Shown here: piece by piece, positions 17,715-26,802 of the stretch
Layout: the number at the start of each line of letters is the position of its first letter
Numbering within the stretch: position 1 is the stretch's first letter
Assembly: GCA_965223855.1 (NCBI GenBank)
Contig: CBDCXM010000002.1
Span: forward strand, 96,001-160,000
Origin: Candidatus Multivoradales bacterium
GTDB taxonomy: Bacteria; Acidobacteriota; Thermoanaerobaculia; Multivoradales; JAHEKO01
Direction of reading: 5' to 3'
Length of the DNA: 64,000 bases
Translations under genes and position numbers: made by a program
The notes under the pieces: generated by a model
The model's input: the letters and a program-made list of their open reading frames with translations, nothing else
Told to the model about the DNA's origin: nothing
Databases searched by the model: none

Positions 17715-19730
17715 ATGCGACGCGATTCCCCGAGTCGAGCCCTGGTCCGGGTCCTGGCGGCGGCAGGCTGTGCCGTGGCCTTGGCTGCTCTGGCGCTGAC
17801 CGCCGGGGCGGCGCAGTCACCCGGAACGCAGCCTGCTGAGGCCGAGACGGAGCCTGCGCGCGATGGCAGTCCGGCGGCCGGCCTGCAACCGACGGTCGAT
17901 CCGGCGGCGGTCGAGGCGGCCGACCGGCTGCTCGAGGGGGTCGATCGAGGGCGGCGCGATTTCGAGGTGCAGGCGCTGTTCGCGAGCGGCACGGAGGCCG
18001 CCGCCGAAGACGGACGGGTCCAGATCGGAATCGAGGTCAGAGTCGCGGTACCGCCTCACTGGCAGCAGGGAAGAGCCGTGCGCGTCGTTCTCGTCGCCTA
18101 TCCCCTCGATGAAGACCCGGAGGTCTTCGAGGAGCAGGTGGTCCTGGGAGACGTCGGAGCGGCCGCCTGGTGGGTCTACCGCCGAACCGTGACCCTTTCG
18201 GAGGAGTTCCTCGAGGCGGTCGTGACCGTGGAGGATCCCCAGGCCCGCCTCGCGGCGACCTCCTCGGTCGGCTATGCGACGGTCGCTGCGTCACAGCCCC
18301 GGACCGAGACGGTCGTCGATGTCCTTGAGGCGCCGACGCCGCCCGCGCGGCAGCAGCCGCGGGTCTCGCTGGTGCGCCTGGTGGCCCCACCCGGAGGGCC
18401 GCATACCGGTCGCATTCGCCTTCGTACCCTGTTGAGCTCGGATGCCGTCGATGCCGTCCGCTTCGAGGTCGACGGTGAGTCGGTCACGACCGACGATCGG
18501 CGCCCCTTCAACTACGAGATCGACCTGGGTGCCGAGGTGAGGTCGAGGGAGGTCGTCGCGGTCGCACTTTCGGCGTCCGGGCGCGAGCTGGGCCGAGACC
18601 GGATCCTGCTGAATCCGGAGGTCGAGCTCTTCGATGTGCGCCTTACCGGGCTTCTCGAAGGGGAGGGTGGCGTGGTGGCCGCCGCCGCGGTGACGGTGCC
18701 GCGGGACGGGCAGCTCGAGCGGGTCGAGTTCTACCGCAACGAGGATCTCATCGAGACGCTGCGGGAGGAGCCTTTCGAGAGCACGGTTTCGCCAGGGCCG
18801 CTCGATAGTGACGACTACGTGAGAGTGGTCGCCTTCCTCGAGGGCGGCGAGTGGCTGGAGGACGTCGTGCTGGCGAACGCGGCCCACGCGGCCGCCGAAG
18901 TCGACGTCAACCTGGTCGAGGTCTACGCCGTGGCGACGGATCGCTCCGGAGAGCCGCTGACCGATCTTTCCCGGTCGGACTTCGTCGTCCGCCTCGGAGG
19001 TCGGCGTGTCGAGATCGAGCGGTTCGAGCGAGCGGTCGAGGTGCCGCTGTCGCTGGGGCTGGTGCTCGACACGTCGGGGAGCATGCTCGCTCTCATGCCC
19101 GACGCGAAGCAGGCCGGAGCGCGATTCCTCGACGCCGTTCTCCAGGAAGGCGACCAGGCGTTCCTGGTCGATTTCGACACCCGACCGCGACTGGCTCATC
19201 CGATGACTTCGGACATCGGATCGCTGTTGCGGCGTTTCGGCACGCTCATTCCCGAGGGCAACACGGCGCTCTACGACGCGGTCGTCTTCAGCTGTCTGCA
19301 GTTCGAGGGAAGTCGGGGCCGGCGGGCGCTGGTGGTCCTCACCGACGGGCAGGCGTTCGGCGGCCAATTCGGCGCTCGCGAATCGGTGCGCCATGCCCTC
19401 AGTCAAGCCCTGCCGATCTACGTGATCGACCTCAGCGGTGTGTTCGGCGGGACCGGCCAGTCGAAGCTGTCCCTCATCGGCCTGACCAAGGCGACGGGAG
19501 GCCAGGTCTTCACCGTGCCGCCGGTCGATCCGCTGAAACAGGACTACGACAAGGTACGCGAGAACCTCGAGCAGGCGTACGACCGGATTCACCGCGAACT
19601 GCGAGGCCAGTACGTCCTCGCCTTCTCGACCGAGTCGGCTCTCTCGGTCGAGGAACTCGAGAAGATCGAGGTCGATGTGCGCCGTCCCAGAGTCAAGGTG
19701 CGGCGGGTCGTCGGTACGACGCTGCGTTGA
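17715..19730 (+). CDS. secreted VWA-domain protein (acidobacterial VWFA-related) with Ig-like domains
   Basis: Signal peptide, Ig-like repeats, VDVNLVEVYAVATD, MIDAS DTSGSM, TALYDA, LTDG, ATGG and ELRGQYVLAF. Confidence 0.85.
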   Translation: MRRDSPSRALVRVLAAAGCAVALAALALTAGAAQSPGTQPAEAETEPARDGSPAAGLQPTVDPAAVEAADRLLEGVDRGRRDFEVQALFASGTEAAAEDGRVQIGIEVRVAVPPHWQQGRAVRVVLVAYPLDEDPEVFEEQVVLGDVGAAAWWVYRRTVTLSEEFLEAVVTVEDPQARLAATSSVGYATVAASQPRTETVVDVLEAPTPPARQQPRVSLVRLVAPPGGPHTGRIRLRTLLSSDAVDAVRFEVDGESVTTDDRRPFNYEIDLGAEVRSREVVAVALSASGRELGRDRILLNPEVELFDVRLTGLLEGEGGVVAAAAVTVPRDGQLERVEFYRNEDLIETLREEPFESTVSPGPLDSDDYVRVVAFLEGGEWLEDVVLANAAHAAAEVDVNLVEVYAVATDRSGEPLTDLSRSDFVVRLGGRRVEIERFERAVEVPLSLGLVLDTSGSMLALMPDAKQAGARFLDAVLQEGDQAFLVDFDTRPRLAHPMTSDIGSLLRRFGTLIPEGNTALYDAVVFSCLQFEGSRGRRALVVLTDGQAFGGQFGARESVRHALSQALPIYVIDLSGVFGGTGQSKLSLIGLTKATGGQVFTVPPVDPLKQDYDKVRENLEQAYDRIHRELRGQYVLAFSTESALSVEELEKIEVDVRRPRVKVRRVVGTTLR

Positions 19731-20536
19731 CGTACGAGGCTCTCTTCCGCGCTCCCGGCGCTCGACACGGCGAGCTGGTGGCAGAACTGTGGGTGGCCGG
19801 CACCCTCGGTGTCGAGGAACGCGGTGACGAGGTGCACGCCTACTTCGAGCGTCCCCCGGCCGACCTCGAGGCACTCGCCGGGAGGGCGGGCGCAATCCTG
19901 CTGAGGGTGGGAGAAGTGCACGACCGCGACTGGATCGCGGAGTATCGGCGCCGCGTGCGGCCGCTCGAGATCGGCCCCTTCTGGATCGACCCCCGGGAGC
20001 CCGGCGAGGAGGCGGCCCCCGACGGCATGTTGCCGCTGCGTGTGCCCGCTCGCAATGCTTTCGGCACCGGCAGTCACGCTTCGACGGCGCTCGTGCTCGA
20101 CTGGCTGCCGCGACTGGGCGTCTCCGGCCTGAGAGTCGTCGATGTCGGTTGCGGCTCCGGCATCCTCTCCTTCGCCGCGCTCGAGCTCGGAGCGGCGATG
20201 GCGGTCGGCCTCGACCTCGACGTCGGTTCGGCCGTGACGGCAAGCCTCTACACCTCCCTCAATCGGCATCGCCCTTCCTGGCTCGCCGCTACCGCCGGCG
20301 CGCTCGACGCCACCTTCGACCTTGCCCTCGTCAACATCCTGCCGGAACGGTGGCTCGATCAGGCCGGCGAGGTAGTCCGTCTGGTGCGTCCGGGCGGCGG
20401 TCTCGTCACCTCGGGACTGCTCACCGAGCAGGCCGGCGAAGTCGGGGATCGGCTCGCAGAACACGGCCTGCTCATGCTGGAACAACGTGACCGCGAGGAA
20501 TGGTCGGCGCTCCTGCTGGTGCAGCCCGGCTCCTGA
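19727..20536 (+). CDS. prmA: ribosomal protein L11 methyltransferase
   Basis: TTG start overlapping the VWA stop; DW...AFGTGSHAST, DVGCGSGIL, VNIL and EEW motifs. Confidence 0.85.
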   Translation: MTYEALFRAPGARHGELVAELWVAGTLGVEERGDEVHAYFERPPADLEALAGRAGAILLRVGEVHDRDWIAEYRRRVRPLEIGPFWIDPREPGEEAAPDGMLPLRVPARNAFGTGSHASTALVLDWLPRLGVSGLRVVDVGCGSGILSFAALELGAAMAVGLDLDVGSAVTASLYTSLNRHRPSWLAATAGALDATFDLALVNILPERWLDQAGEVVRLVRPGGGLVTSGLLTEQAGEVGDRLAEHGLLMLEQRDREEWSALLLVQPGS

Positions 20537-20630
20537 GGGGTGGTATCGAACGCGCGCTCACTCGGGCGCGTCCAGAGGGTGCTCAGGACCGACACCCCGC
20601 GAGGAACTCCTGGTCGCAGGATCCACGTTC

Positions 20631-20785
20631 GCTTTCCAGGTAGTCCGCATGAACCGGCATCTCTTGCCGTACGACTGGAACCGGCTGAGCCAGCGATTCT
20701 TCGGTAGGTAGGCGGGCGCCAGCCCACGGGCAAGGAGATTCGTCCGCGGTGCTGCCGCTCCGACGTCCCCTGCCTACCTGGAAGC
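20631..20785. ncRNA. candidate rod-like structured RNA / long imperfect inverted repeat
   Basis: GCTTTCCAGGTAG (20631-43) pairs with CTACCTGGAAGC (20774-85), and ATCTCTTGCCGT (20659-70) pairs with ACGGGCAAGGAGAT (20726-39). It sits in a 378-nt gap between convergent genes. Confidence 0.3.
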
Positions 20786-20914
20786 CTTTCGCGCAGAGCT
20801 CCGGCCAAGGGAAGACGGCGCCTCTTCGGGAGGGAGTCGCAGTCGATCGTGTAGGGCGCACCGGTTCGCCCGAACCGGAGGCGAAGCGGTCGAGACGTTC
20901 CGGTTGTCAGGTCG

Positions 20915-22795
20915 TCAGGGAATGACGTTCGACCAGGCGCTGGTGTCGCCGGACTCGAAGCCGTCCTCGAAGATCTCGGCCGCGATGTCGACCATCGCCA
21001 TCGTCGTCTCCATGTCGTGCGGCGACGAGCGGTCGATGTTCTCCCACAGCCAGTAGAGGTACTCTCCGCGGCTGCGCTCGCCGGGGTCGAGCCCGATCGG
21101 CCAGCTCCATCCGGGCGAGCGGGTGATGCAGTCGTCGTCGAAGTTCTGGACGACGGCCTCGTTCTGCAGGAACTCGATGTACTCCTTGCTCGAGTTCTGG
21201 AACCGCAGTTCGACCGACACGGTCAGAGGACTGGCGGCGTCGCCCGGCAGCGGGATCGAGTAGTTGGTGATGTCGTAGTTGACGAGAACGCCGGAGCCGG
21301 GACTCGTTTCCGGGTAGGTGTATCCGACCGGCTGGGTTTCGAGATCGTCGCCACCCGTGAAGCCTAGCGGCGGGATTCGGTTGTCGAGCTTGATGCAGTC
21401 GTTGAGCACGAAGTGAAACTGTTCGACCCCCGAAGGATTGGTGTGGTCGCAGGTGTTCATGCCGTTGGCGTTCCAGATGCCGCGCTGGGTCTCGTAGACC
21501 TTGACGTCGGAGTCACGGGTGAGCTCGCCGGTCGACGGGTCGTAGGCACCGCTCTCGTAGATCAGGTCGTTGTCGTCGCCGCGGACCTCGACATGGATCC
21601 ACATCCGCCGCCCTTCGACGTAGCCGGTCGGCAGCTTGTGGCCGCTCAGGTTGGTGACCTTGACTTCGAGGTCGAGCGTGCCGCCGGGGGAGATCGCCGG
21701 CGGGGCCGTGAGTTCGAGGCTGGCGGCGCTCTCGAGCATCGCCTCGGCGCGGGCGATGGTGTCGGTGAAACCCGTACCGTTGTCGATCGTGGCGCCGTAC
21801 TGGTCCTCCAGCAGCGCCGGCACCCACGTGTTTCCGCCGACGAAATGGTGCTGCGGCATGTCGCCGGCGCGATCGATGTTCTCGAAGATGCAGGCGTAGG
21901 AATCGGGGTCCGTGGCGTCCGGCATGTGACAGTTCTGACAGGTCGCCTCCGCGCTGCCGCCGATCCGGTATTCGCTCTGATCCCACTCGTTGTAGGTGCG
22001 CTCGATCGGGTAGAGGATCCCGGTGTCGACGCCGCTCTCGTCGATCAGGGTGAGGACCGGGTTGGTCACGTTGTGACAGGTGGCGCAGATCTGCGAACCC
22101 TCGTGGTAGGCGGAATACGCCCACTCGTGCGGGGGCTCCGGCGGACTGGCGTAGTCGTAGGGGCCGTGGCGACACGGCTCGCTGCCGCCGGGACAGACCT
22201 CGTCGTCGATCCAGTACTCGGCGTTCTCGAGGTAGTTCCCTTCCTCGCCGGGCGGCGGTGAGTCGTTGATCACCATCCGATGGCAGAGGTGACAGGTCAC
22301 CCCCTCGAAGTCGTTGGCGGTCGTCTCGTCGATGTTGCCGACGAGGCCGCAGCCGTCGGCGTCACCGACGCCGATCACCATGCCGCCCTTGTCGGTCTCC
22401 GCACTTGCCCTACCGTCGAGCCAGGCCTTCGGAGCGTGGCAGCGCAGGCAGTATTCGCCGATTCCGGGAAGATCGGCGTTGGCGACGTCGAGGGCCGCCC
22501 AGAAGACCGGATCGCGAGTGGAGTTGGCCATCATCGACCCCGACCAGGTATTGAAGGGCTCGACGTCGTCCTTCTCGTAGTCGCCGTGACAGTTGCGGCA
22601 GAAGCCGGGGGCGGTGTACGCGTACTCGATCTCGAAGGTCAGATCGCCGGGCTGGGTCGCCCTGGGCGTGAAGGGGCCGGCGTCCGCCAGTGCCGACCAG
22701 CCGAGGACGGCGAAGAGGCCGCACAGCACCCCGAGGGCCCATGATCTGAGGATGGAACGGTGCCGTGAGCGACCTGAGTGCGATGCGTGCTGCAA
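20915..22795 (-). CDS. secreted pentaheme c-type cytochrome with C-terminal beta-sandwich domain and DGFESGD tail
   Basis: TTG start with GGGAGGGG RBS; signal peptide; CRNCH, CLRCH, CHLCH, CATCH, CQNCH; GHKLPTG; ends IFEDGFESGDTSAWSNVIP*. Confidence 0.88.
   Translation of the reverse strand: MQHASHSGRSRHRSILRSWALGVLCGLFAVLGWSALADAGPFTPRATQPGDLTFEIEYAYTAPGFCRNCHGDYEKDDVEPFNTWSGSMMANSTRDPVFWAALDVANADLPGIGEYCLRCHAPKAWLDGRASAETDKGGMVIGVGDADGCGLVGNIDETTANDFEGVTCHLCHRMVINDSPPPGEEGNYLENAEYWIDDEVCPGGSEPCRHGPYDYASPPEPPHEWAYSAYHEGSQICATCHNVTNPVLTLIDESGVDTGILYPIERTYNEWDQSEYRIGGSAEATCQNCHMPDATDPDSYACIFENIDRAGDMPQHHFVGGNTWVPALLEDQYGATIDNGTGFTDTIARAEAMLESAASLELTAPPAISPGGTLDLEVKVTNLSGHKLPTGYVEGRRMWIHVEVRGDDNDLIYESGAYDPSTGELTRDSDVKVYETQRGIWNANGMNTCDHTNPSGVEQFHFVLNDCIKLDNRIPPLGFTGGDDLETQPVGYTYPETSPGSGVLVNYDITNYSIPLPGDAASPLTVSVELRFQNSSKEYIEFLQNEAVVQNFDDDCITRSPGWSWPIGLDPGERSRGEYLYWLWENIDRSSPHDMETTMAMVDIAAEIFEDGFESGDTSAWSNVIP
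20918..20974 (-). repeat. C-terminal protein motif copy 1: IFEDGFESGDTSAWSNVIP
   Basis: Last 19 codons before the stop; shared with three other secreted proteins in the window. Confidence 0.9.
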
Positions 22796-22850
22796 TGGAA
22801 TCCCCTCCCGAAAGGGTTCGAGCCGAATGCCGGGAGGATAGCATCCGGCG

Positions 22851-23663
22851 GTGAGCGAGGATGTGACGACGGTCGCGAGGCGGGCGCTGATCCTCGCCGC
22901 CGGCCGCGGTTCGCGGATGAGCCGTGCGGACCCGGCGGCTCGCTTGACGACGCCTCAGCGTCGCGCCGCAGCCCTCGGTCTCAAAGGGCTGATGCCGGTG
23001 GCGGGCCTGCCGCTGCTCGAACACGCCGCACGACGCCTCGAGGCGGCGGGCATGGAGAGCCTGGCCCTCGTCATCCCGCCTTCGGGCGACGATCTGCGGC
23101 GCTGGGCGCAGGGGCGCCCGACTCCGATCGAGATCGTCGAGCAGGAAGAGCCGCGCGGCACCGCCGACGCCGTCTGTCGTGGCGAGGAGTTCGCAGACGG
23201 CGAGCCGTTCCTCGTCGTCAACAGCGACAACCTCTATCCGACCGAGGCACTCCGAACTCTGGCGGCTGCGACGCCACAGGCCGTCGTCGTCGTCGAGCGG
23301 CGTCGCGCCATAGAGGAAGGCTGGTTCGATGCCGCCAGGCTCGCGGACTTCGCCCTCGTCGAGCTCGGGGGCGACGGCGTGGTGCGATCGATCGTCGAGA
23401 AGCCCGGGCTCGAGACCCTTCTCGACGCTCCCGACCCTGCCTACTCGAGTGTTAACGCGTGGCGGTTCGAGAGCCCGATCTTCGAGCACTGCCGAGCCAT
23501 CGGTCCTTCGCCACGGGGTGAGTACGAGCTCCCTGATGCGGTCGCGCGTGCGATGGCTCACGGCGAAGTCTTCCGGGTCGTGCCGACGACCGGAATCGTC
23601 GCCGATCTCTCGACGAGGAGCGACGTTGCGAGGGTCGAGCGCCAACTCAGTGGGGATCTGTAG
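22851..23663 (+). CDS. sugar-1-phosphate nucleotidyltransferase
   Basis: LILAAGRGSRM, KGLMP, QEEPRGTADAV, NSDNLY, EKP and SPRGEYELPDAV. Confidence 0.88.
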   Translation: MSEDVTTVARRALILAAGRGSRMSRADPAARLTTPQRRAAALGLKGLMPVAGLPLLEHAARRLEAAGMESLALVIPPSGDDLRRWAQGRPTPIEIVEQEEPRGTADAVCRGEEFADGEPFLVVNSDNLYPTEALRTLAAATPQAVVVVERRRAIEEGWFDAARLADFALVELGGDGVVRSIVEKPGLETLLDAPDPAYSSVNAWRFESPIFEHCRAIGPSPRGEYELPDAVARAMAHGEVFRVVPTTGIVADLSTRSDVARVERQLSGDL

Positions 23664-25060
23664 TGCGGCCGAGACCGCTCCAGGATTGGATCGCAGCACC
23701 GCAGTGGCGAGGCGCCGCCCTCGGCCTCCGCGACCTCGGCAGTCGAGGGCCGGCGGCGGCTCTGTGGGTCCCTGGACGGGTCGAACTCTTCGGCAAGCAC
23801 ACCGACTACGCAGGCGGCGCGAGCCTGGCGACGGCGATCGCTCATGGTCTGCGAGTCCTCGTGACGGCAGGGGACGACGATCTCTGGGCGTGGTGGTCCA
23901 GGGAGGCCGGCAACGGCGGAGACCTTGCCGAGTTCGACCCGAGGCGGCCGAGGGTGCGCCACGGAGACTGGCGCGACTACCTGAGTGTGACGCTCGATCG
24001 ACTGGAGCGAGACGGTGGTGTTCGGGCAGGGGGCGTCACGGTGGCGATGACGAGCGACCTCCCGGCGGCGGCGGGGCTCAGCAGCTCGAGCGCGCTGGTG
24101 GTCGCCGCCTTCATGGTCGCGATGGCTACCGCCGTCGACGCCGCTCCGGGACCGTGGGCCGATAGCTGGCGGCGACGCGCCGCCTGGCTGGGAGCGGTCG
24201 AGAGCGGCCGGGCGTGGAGGCGCTCGCGGCCCGGTTCTGACAGTGCGGCCCCGGACAGCGAGAGTGCCTCCGGCGGGGGAGTGGGAACGAGGGGCGGCTG
24301 CCAGGATCACGCCGCGATCCTCGGCGCGGAGCCGAACCACGTCCTGCATCTGCGCTTCGGAACCGAGCTCGAGGCCGAGGCCGTGCCGGTGCCCGGCGAC
24401 TGGGTGTTGCTCGTCGGTGTGTCCGGTGTCGTGGCCCACAAGGCAGCGGGGGCGCGCGACGCGTTCAATGCCCTGTCACGCAGTAGCAGTGAGCTGGTCG
24501 AGCTGTGGTCGAGTGTCGGGAGACCTTCGGAGCGTCGGGGACCGACCGCCCTGCCATCGCTCGGCGGGATTCTCGAGAGCGGCACCGGCCCCCCGACGAT
24601 GGAGAAGCTGCTGGCGGCACTCTCGGAGGCGAGGAGAGGCGCTCTCTCCGCGCGGTGGCGCCACTTCGCCGCCGAGAGCGGCGAGATCGTGCCCGAAGCC
24701 GTCGGGGCGCTGCGACGGGGTGACTCCGAGGAGCTGGGTCGGCTGGCTCGGGAGTCGCAGCGGCTGGCCGAGGAGCTCCTCGGCAATCAGGTGGCGGAGA
24801 CCAGCTCCCTCGCCCGTCTCGCTGGCGAGGCCGGAGCGTTCGCCGCGTCTGCCTTCGGAGCGGGTTTCGGGGGCGCTGTCTGGGCGCTCGCCGATCGAAG
24901 GGAAGCGAAGGCGGTGCTGGAGCGCTGGCGTGAGACGTATCTGTCGGCGTGGCCGCAGCACCGGTCGCGGGCACGGTTCTTCGAGACCGATCTCGCTGCC
25001 GGCGCTCGCTGGGTGGAGGAGGAGTTCATGGACACCGGTACCCGGGAGGAAGAGGCATGA
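23663..25060 (+). CDS. galactokinase-like GHMP kinase
   Basis: PGRVELFGKHTDYAGG, DLPAAAGLSSSSA, GCQDH and GAGFGG. Confidence 0.88.
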   Translation: MRPRPLQDWIAAPQWRGAALGLRDLGSRGPAAALWVPGRVELFGKHTDYAGGASLATAIAHGLRVLVTAGDDDLWAWWSREAGNGGDLAEFDPRRPRVRHGDWRDYLSVTLDRLERDGGVRAGGVTVAMTSDLPAAAGLSSSSALVVAAFMVAMATAVDAAPGPWADSWRRRAAWLGAVESGRAWRRSRPGSDSAAPDSESASGGGVGTRGGCQDHAAILGAEPNHVLHLRFGTELEAEAVPVPGDWVLLVGVSGVVAHKAAGARDAFNALSRSSSELVELWSSVGRPSERRGPTALPSLGGILESGTGPPTMEKLLAALSEARRGALSARWRHFAAESGEIVPEAVGALRRGDSEELGRLARESQRLAEELLGNQVAETSSLARLAGEAGAFAASAFGAGFGGAVWALADRREAKAVLERWRETYLSAWPQHRSRARFFETDLAAGARWVEEEFMDTGTREEEA

Positions 25061-26802
25061 GACTGACCGTGCTGGACTGGTGGGTGCTGGGTGGCTATTT
25101 TGCCCTCACCCTGTCGATCGGCCTCGTCGCCGCCCGCAGGGCGGGGCGCTCCGCGGGTGACTTCTTCCTCTCCGGGCGCAGCATGCCGTGGTGGCTCCTG
25201 GGCATCTCGATGGTCGCCACGACCTTCTCGACCGACACCCCGAACCTGGTCGCCGACATCACCCGCCAGCACGGCGTCGGCGGCAACTGGGTGTGGTGGG
25301 CGTTCCTGCTCACCGGGATGCTGACCGCCTTCGTCTACGCCGCGCTGTGGCGCCGCAGCGGCGTGACCACCGACCTGGAGTTCTACGAGCTGCGCTACGG
25401 CGGCCGGCCGGCCGCGTTTCTGCGCGGTTTCCGCGCCTTCTACCTCGGGGTGATCTTCAACATTCTTGCGATGGGGCTGGTGACGCTGGCGGCGATCAAG
25501 ATCGGCGCGGTGCTCTTCGGTGTGCGCCCGCTCACGACGGTCCTCGTCGCCGGCTCGGTGACCGTGCTGTTGAGCGCGGCAGGCGGACTGCGGTCGGTCA
25601 TCCTCACCGATCTGCTGCTCTTCGGTGTCGCCATGACCGGCGCGGTCGTGGCCGCCGTCTCGGCGGTGCGCCACCCCGATGTCGGCGGGCTGGCGGCCCT
25701 CGCCGCGCATCCCGAGGTGGCGGCACGAGCCGCCCTGGTGCCCGACTGGACCGATCCGGCGGCGTTCGTACCGCTCCTGGTCGTCCCGCTGGCAGTGCAG
25801 TGGTGGGCCACCTGGTATCCGGGTGCGGAGCCCGGCGGGGGCGGCTACGTCGCCCAGCGGATGCTGGCGGCGAAGGACGAGCGCCACGCGGTCGGCGCCA
25901 CGGTGCTGTTCAACGCCGCCCACTACGCGCTTCGACCGTGGCCGTGGATCCTGGTCGCCCTGGCCTCGCTCGTCGTCTTTCCCGACCTCGACTCGCTGGC
26001 GGCTGCCTTTCCCCACGTAGAGGAGTCGGTGCTCGGGCACGACCTCGCCTATCCGGCCATGCTGACCTTCGTCCCGGCCGGCTGGCTCGGTCTGGTCGTC
26101 GGCTCGCTCGCCGCCGCCTACATGTCGACCATTTCGACCCATCTGAACTGGGGAGCCTCCTACCTCGTCTACGACGTCTACCGGCGGTTCTGGCGTCCGG
26201 AGGCGGGAGAGCGCGAACTGGTCGCGGTGGGTCGGCTGTCGACGATCGGTCTCATGGTCGGCGCGGCGCTCGCCGCTCTGTTGCTCGAGAACGCTCTCCA
26301 GGCCTTCACGATCCTGCTGCAGATCGGCGCCGGCACCGGATTGCTCTTCCTGCTGAGGTGGTTCTGGCGACGGATCAACGCCTGGAGCGAGATCAGCGCG
26401 ATGGCGGCCTCGGTCGTCGTCGCGATCGGCTTCGCCTTCGACGATCTCGGTCTTGCGGGTTGGCAGCAGCTCGTCGTCGGGGTGGCCGTGACGACGGCGT
26501 CCTGGCTTGCCGTGACCTTCCTCACGGCGCCAACCGAGCGGGCCGTGCTCGAGCGCTTCGAGCGGGTGACCCGAAGCCGGCAGGGCGGGGGCATCGCCCT
26601 CGGCATCGCCTGCATGGCAACGGGCAGCTCGGCGATCTACTCGCTGCTCTTCGCGACCGGGTCGTGGCTGCTCGGTCACACCTCGCGCGCCATGCTCTTC
26701 TGCGCCGTCGCAGTGGCCTCTTCGATTGCGCTGGTCGCGCTCTGGCGTAGGCTTGGGCTCACAACGGCCAGGGAGAACACGCATGTCCCAGAGCAGTCGT
26801 AG
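25057..26802 (+). CDS. sodium:solute symporter (SSS family)
   Basis: ATGA coupling to the kinase; FFLSGRSMPWW, SMVATTFSTDTP, YVAQRML and AAYMST; about 14 TMs. Confidence 0.92.
   Translation: MRLTVLDWWVLGGYFALTLSIGLVAARRAGRSAGDFFLSGRSMPWWLLGISMVATTFSTDTPNLVADITRQHGVGGNWVWWAFLLTGMLTAFVYAALWRRSGVTTDLEFYELRYGGRPAAFLRGFRAFYLGVIFNILAMGLVTLAAIKIGAVLFGVRPLTTVLVAGSVTVLLSAAGGLRSVILTDLLLFGVAMTGAVVAAVSAVRHPDVGGLAALAAHPEVAARAALVPDWTDPAAFVPLLVVPLAVQWWATWYPGAEPGGGGYVAQRMLAAKDERHAVGATVLFNAAHYALRPWPWILVALASLVVFPDLDSLAAAFPHVEESVLGHDLAYPAMLTFVPAGWLGLVVGSLAAAYMSTISTHLNWGASYLVYDVYRRFWRPEAGERELVAVGRLSTIGLMVGAALAALLLENALQAFTILLQIGAGTGLLFLLRWFWRRINAWSEISAMAASVVVAIGFAFDDLGLAGWQQLVVGVAVTTASWLAVTFLTAPTERAVLERFERVTRSRQGGGIALGIACMATGSSAIYSLLFATGSWLLGHTSRAMLFCAVAVASSIALVALWRRLGLTTARENTHVPEQS

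Noticed and set aside
20537-20914. tmRNA, RNase P RNA, SRP RNA or retron ncRNA
   Set aside because: GAGGAACTCC and GTTCGA-like words are present, but the required flanking consensus elements are not, and there is no reverse transcriptase nearby. Kept only as an unassigned structured-RNA candidate.
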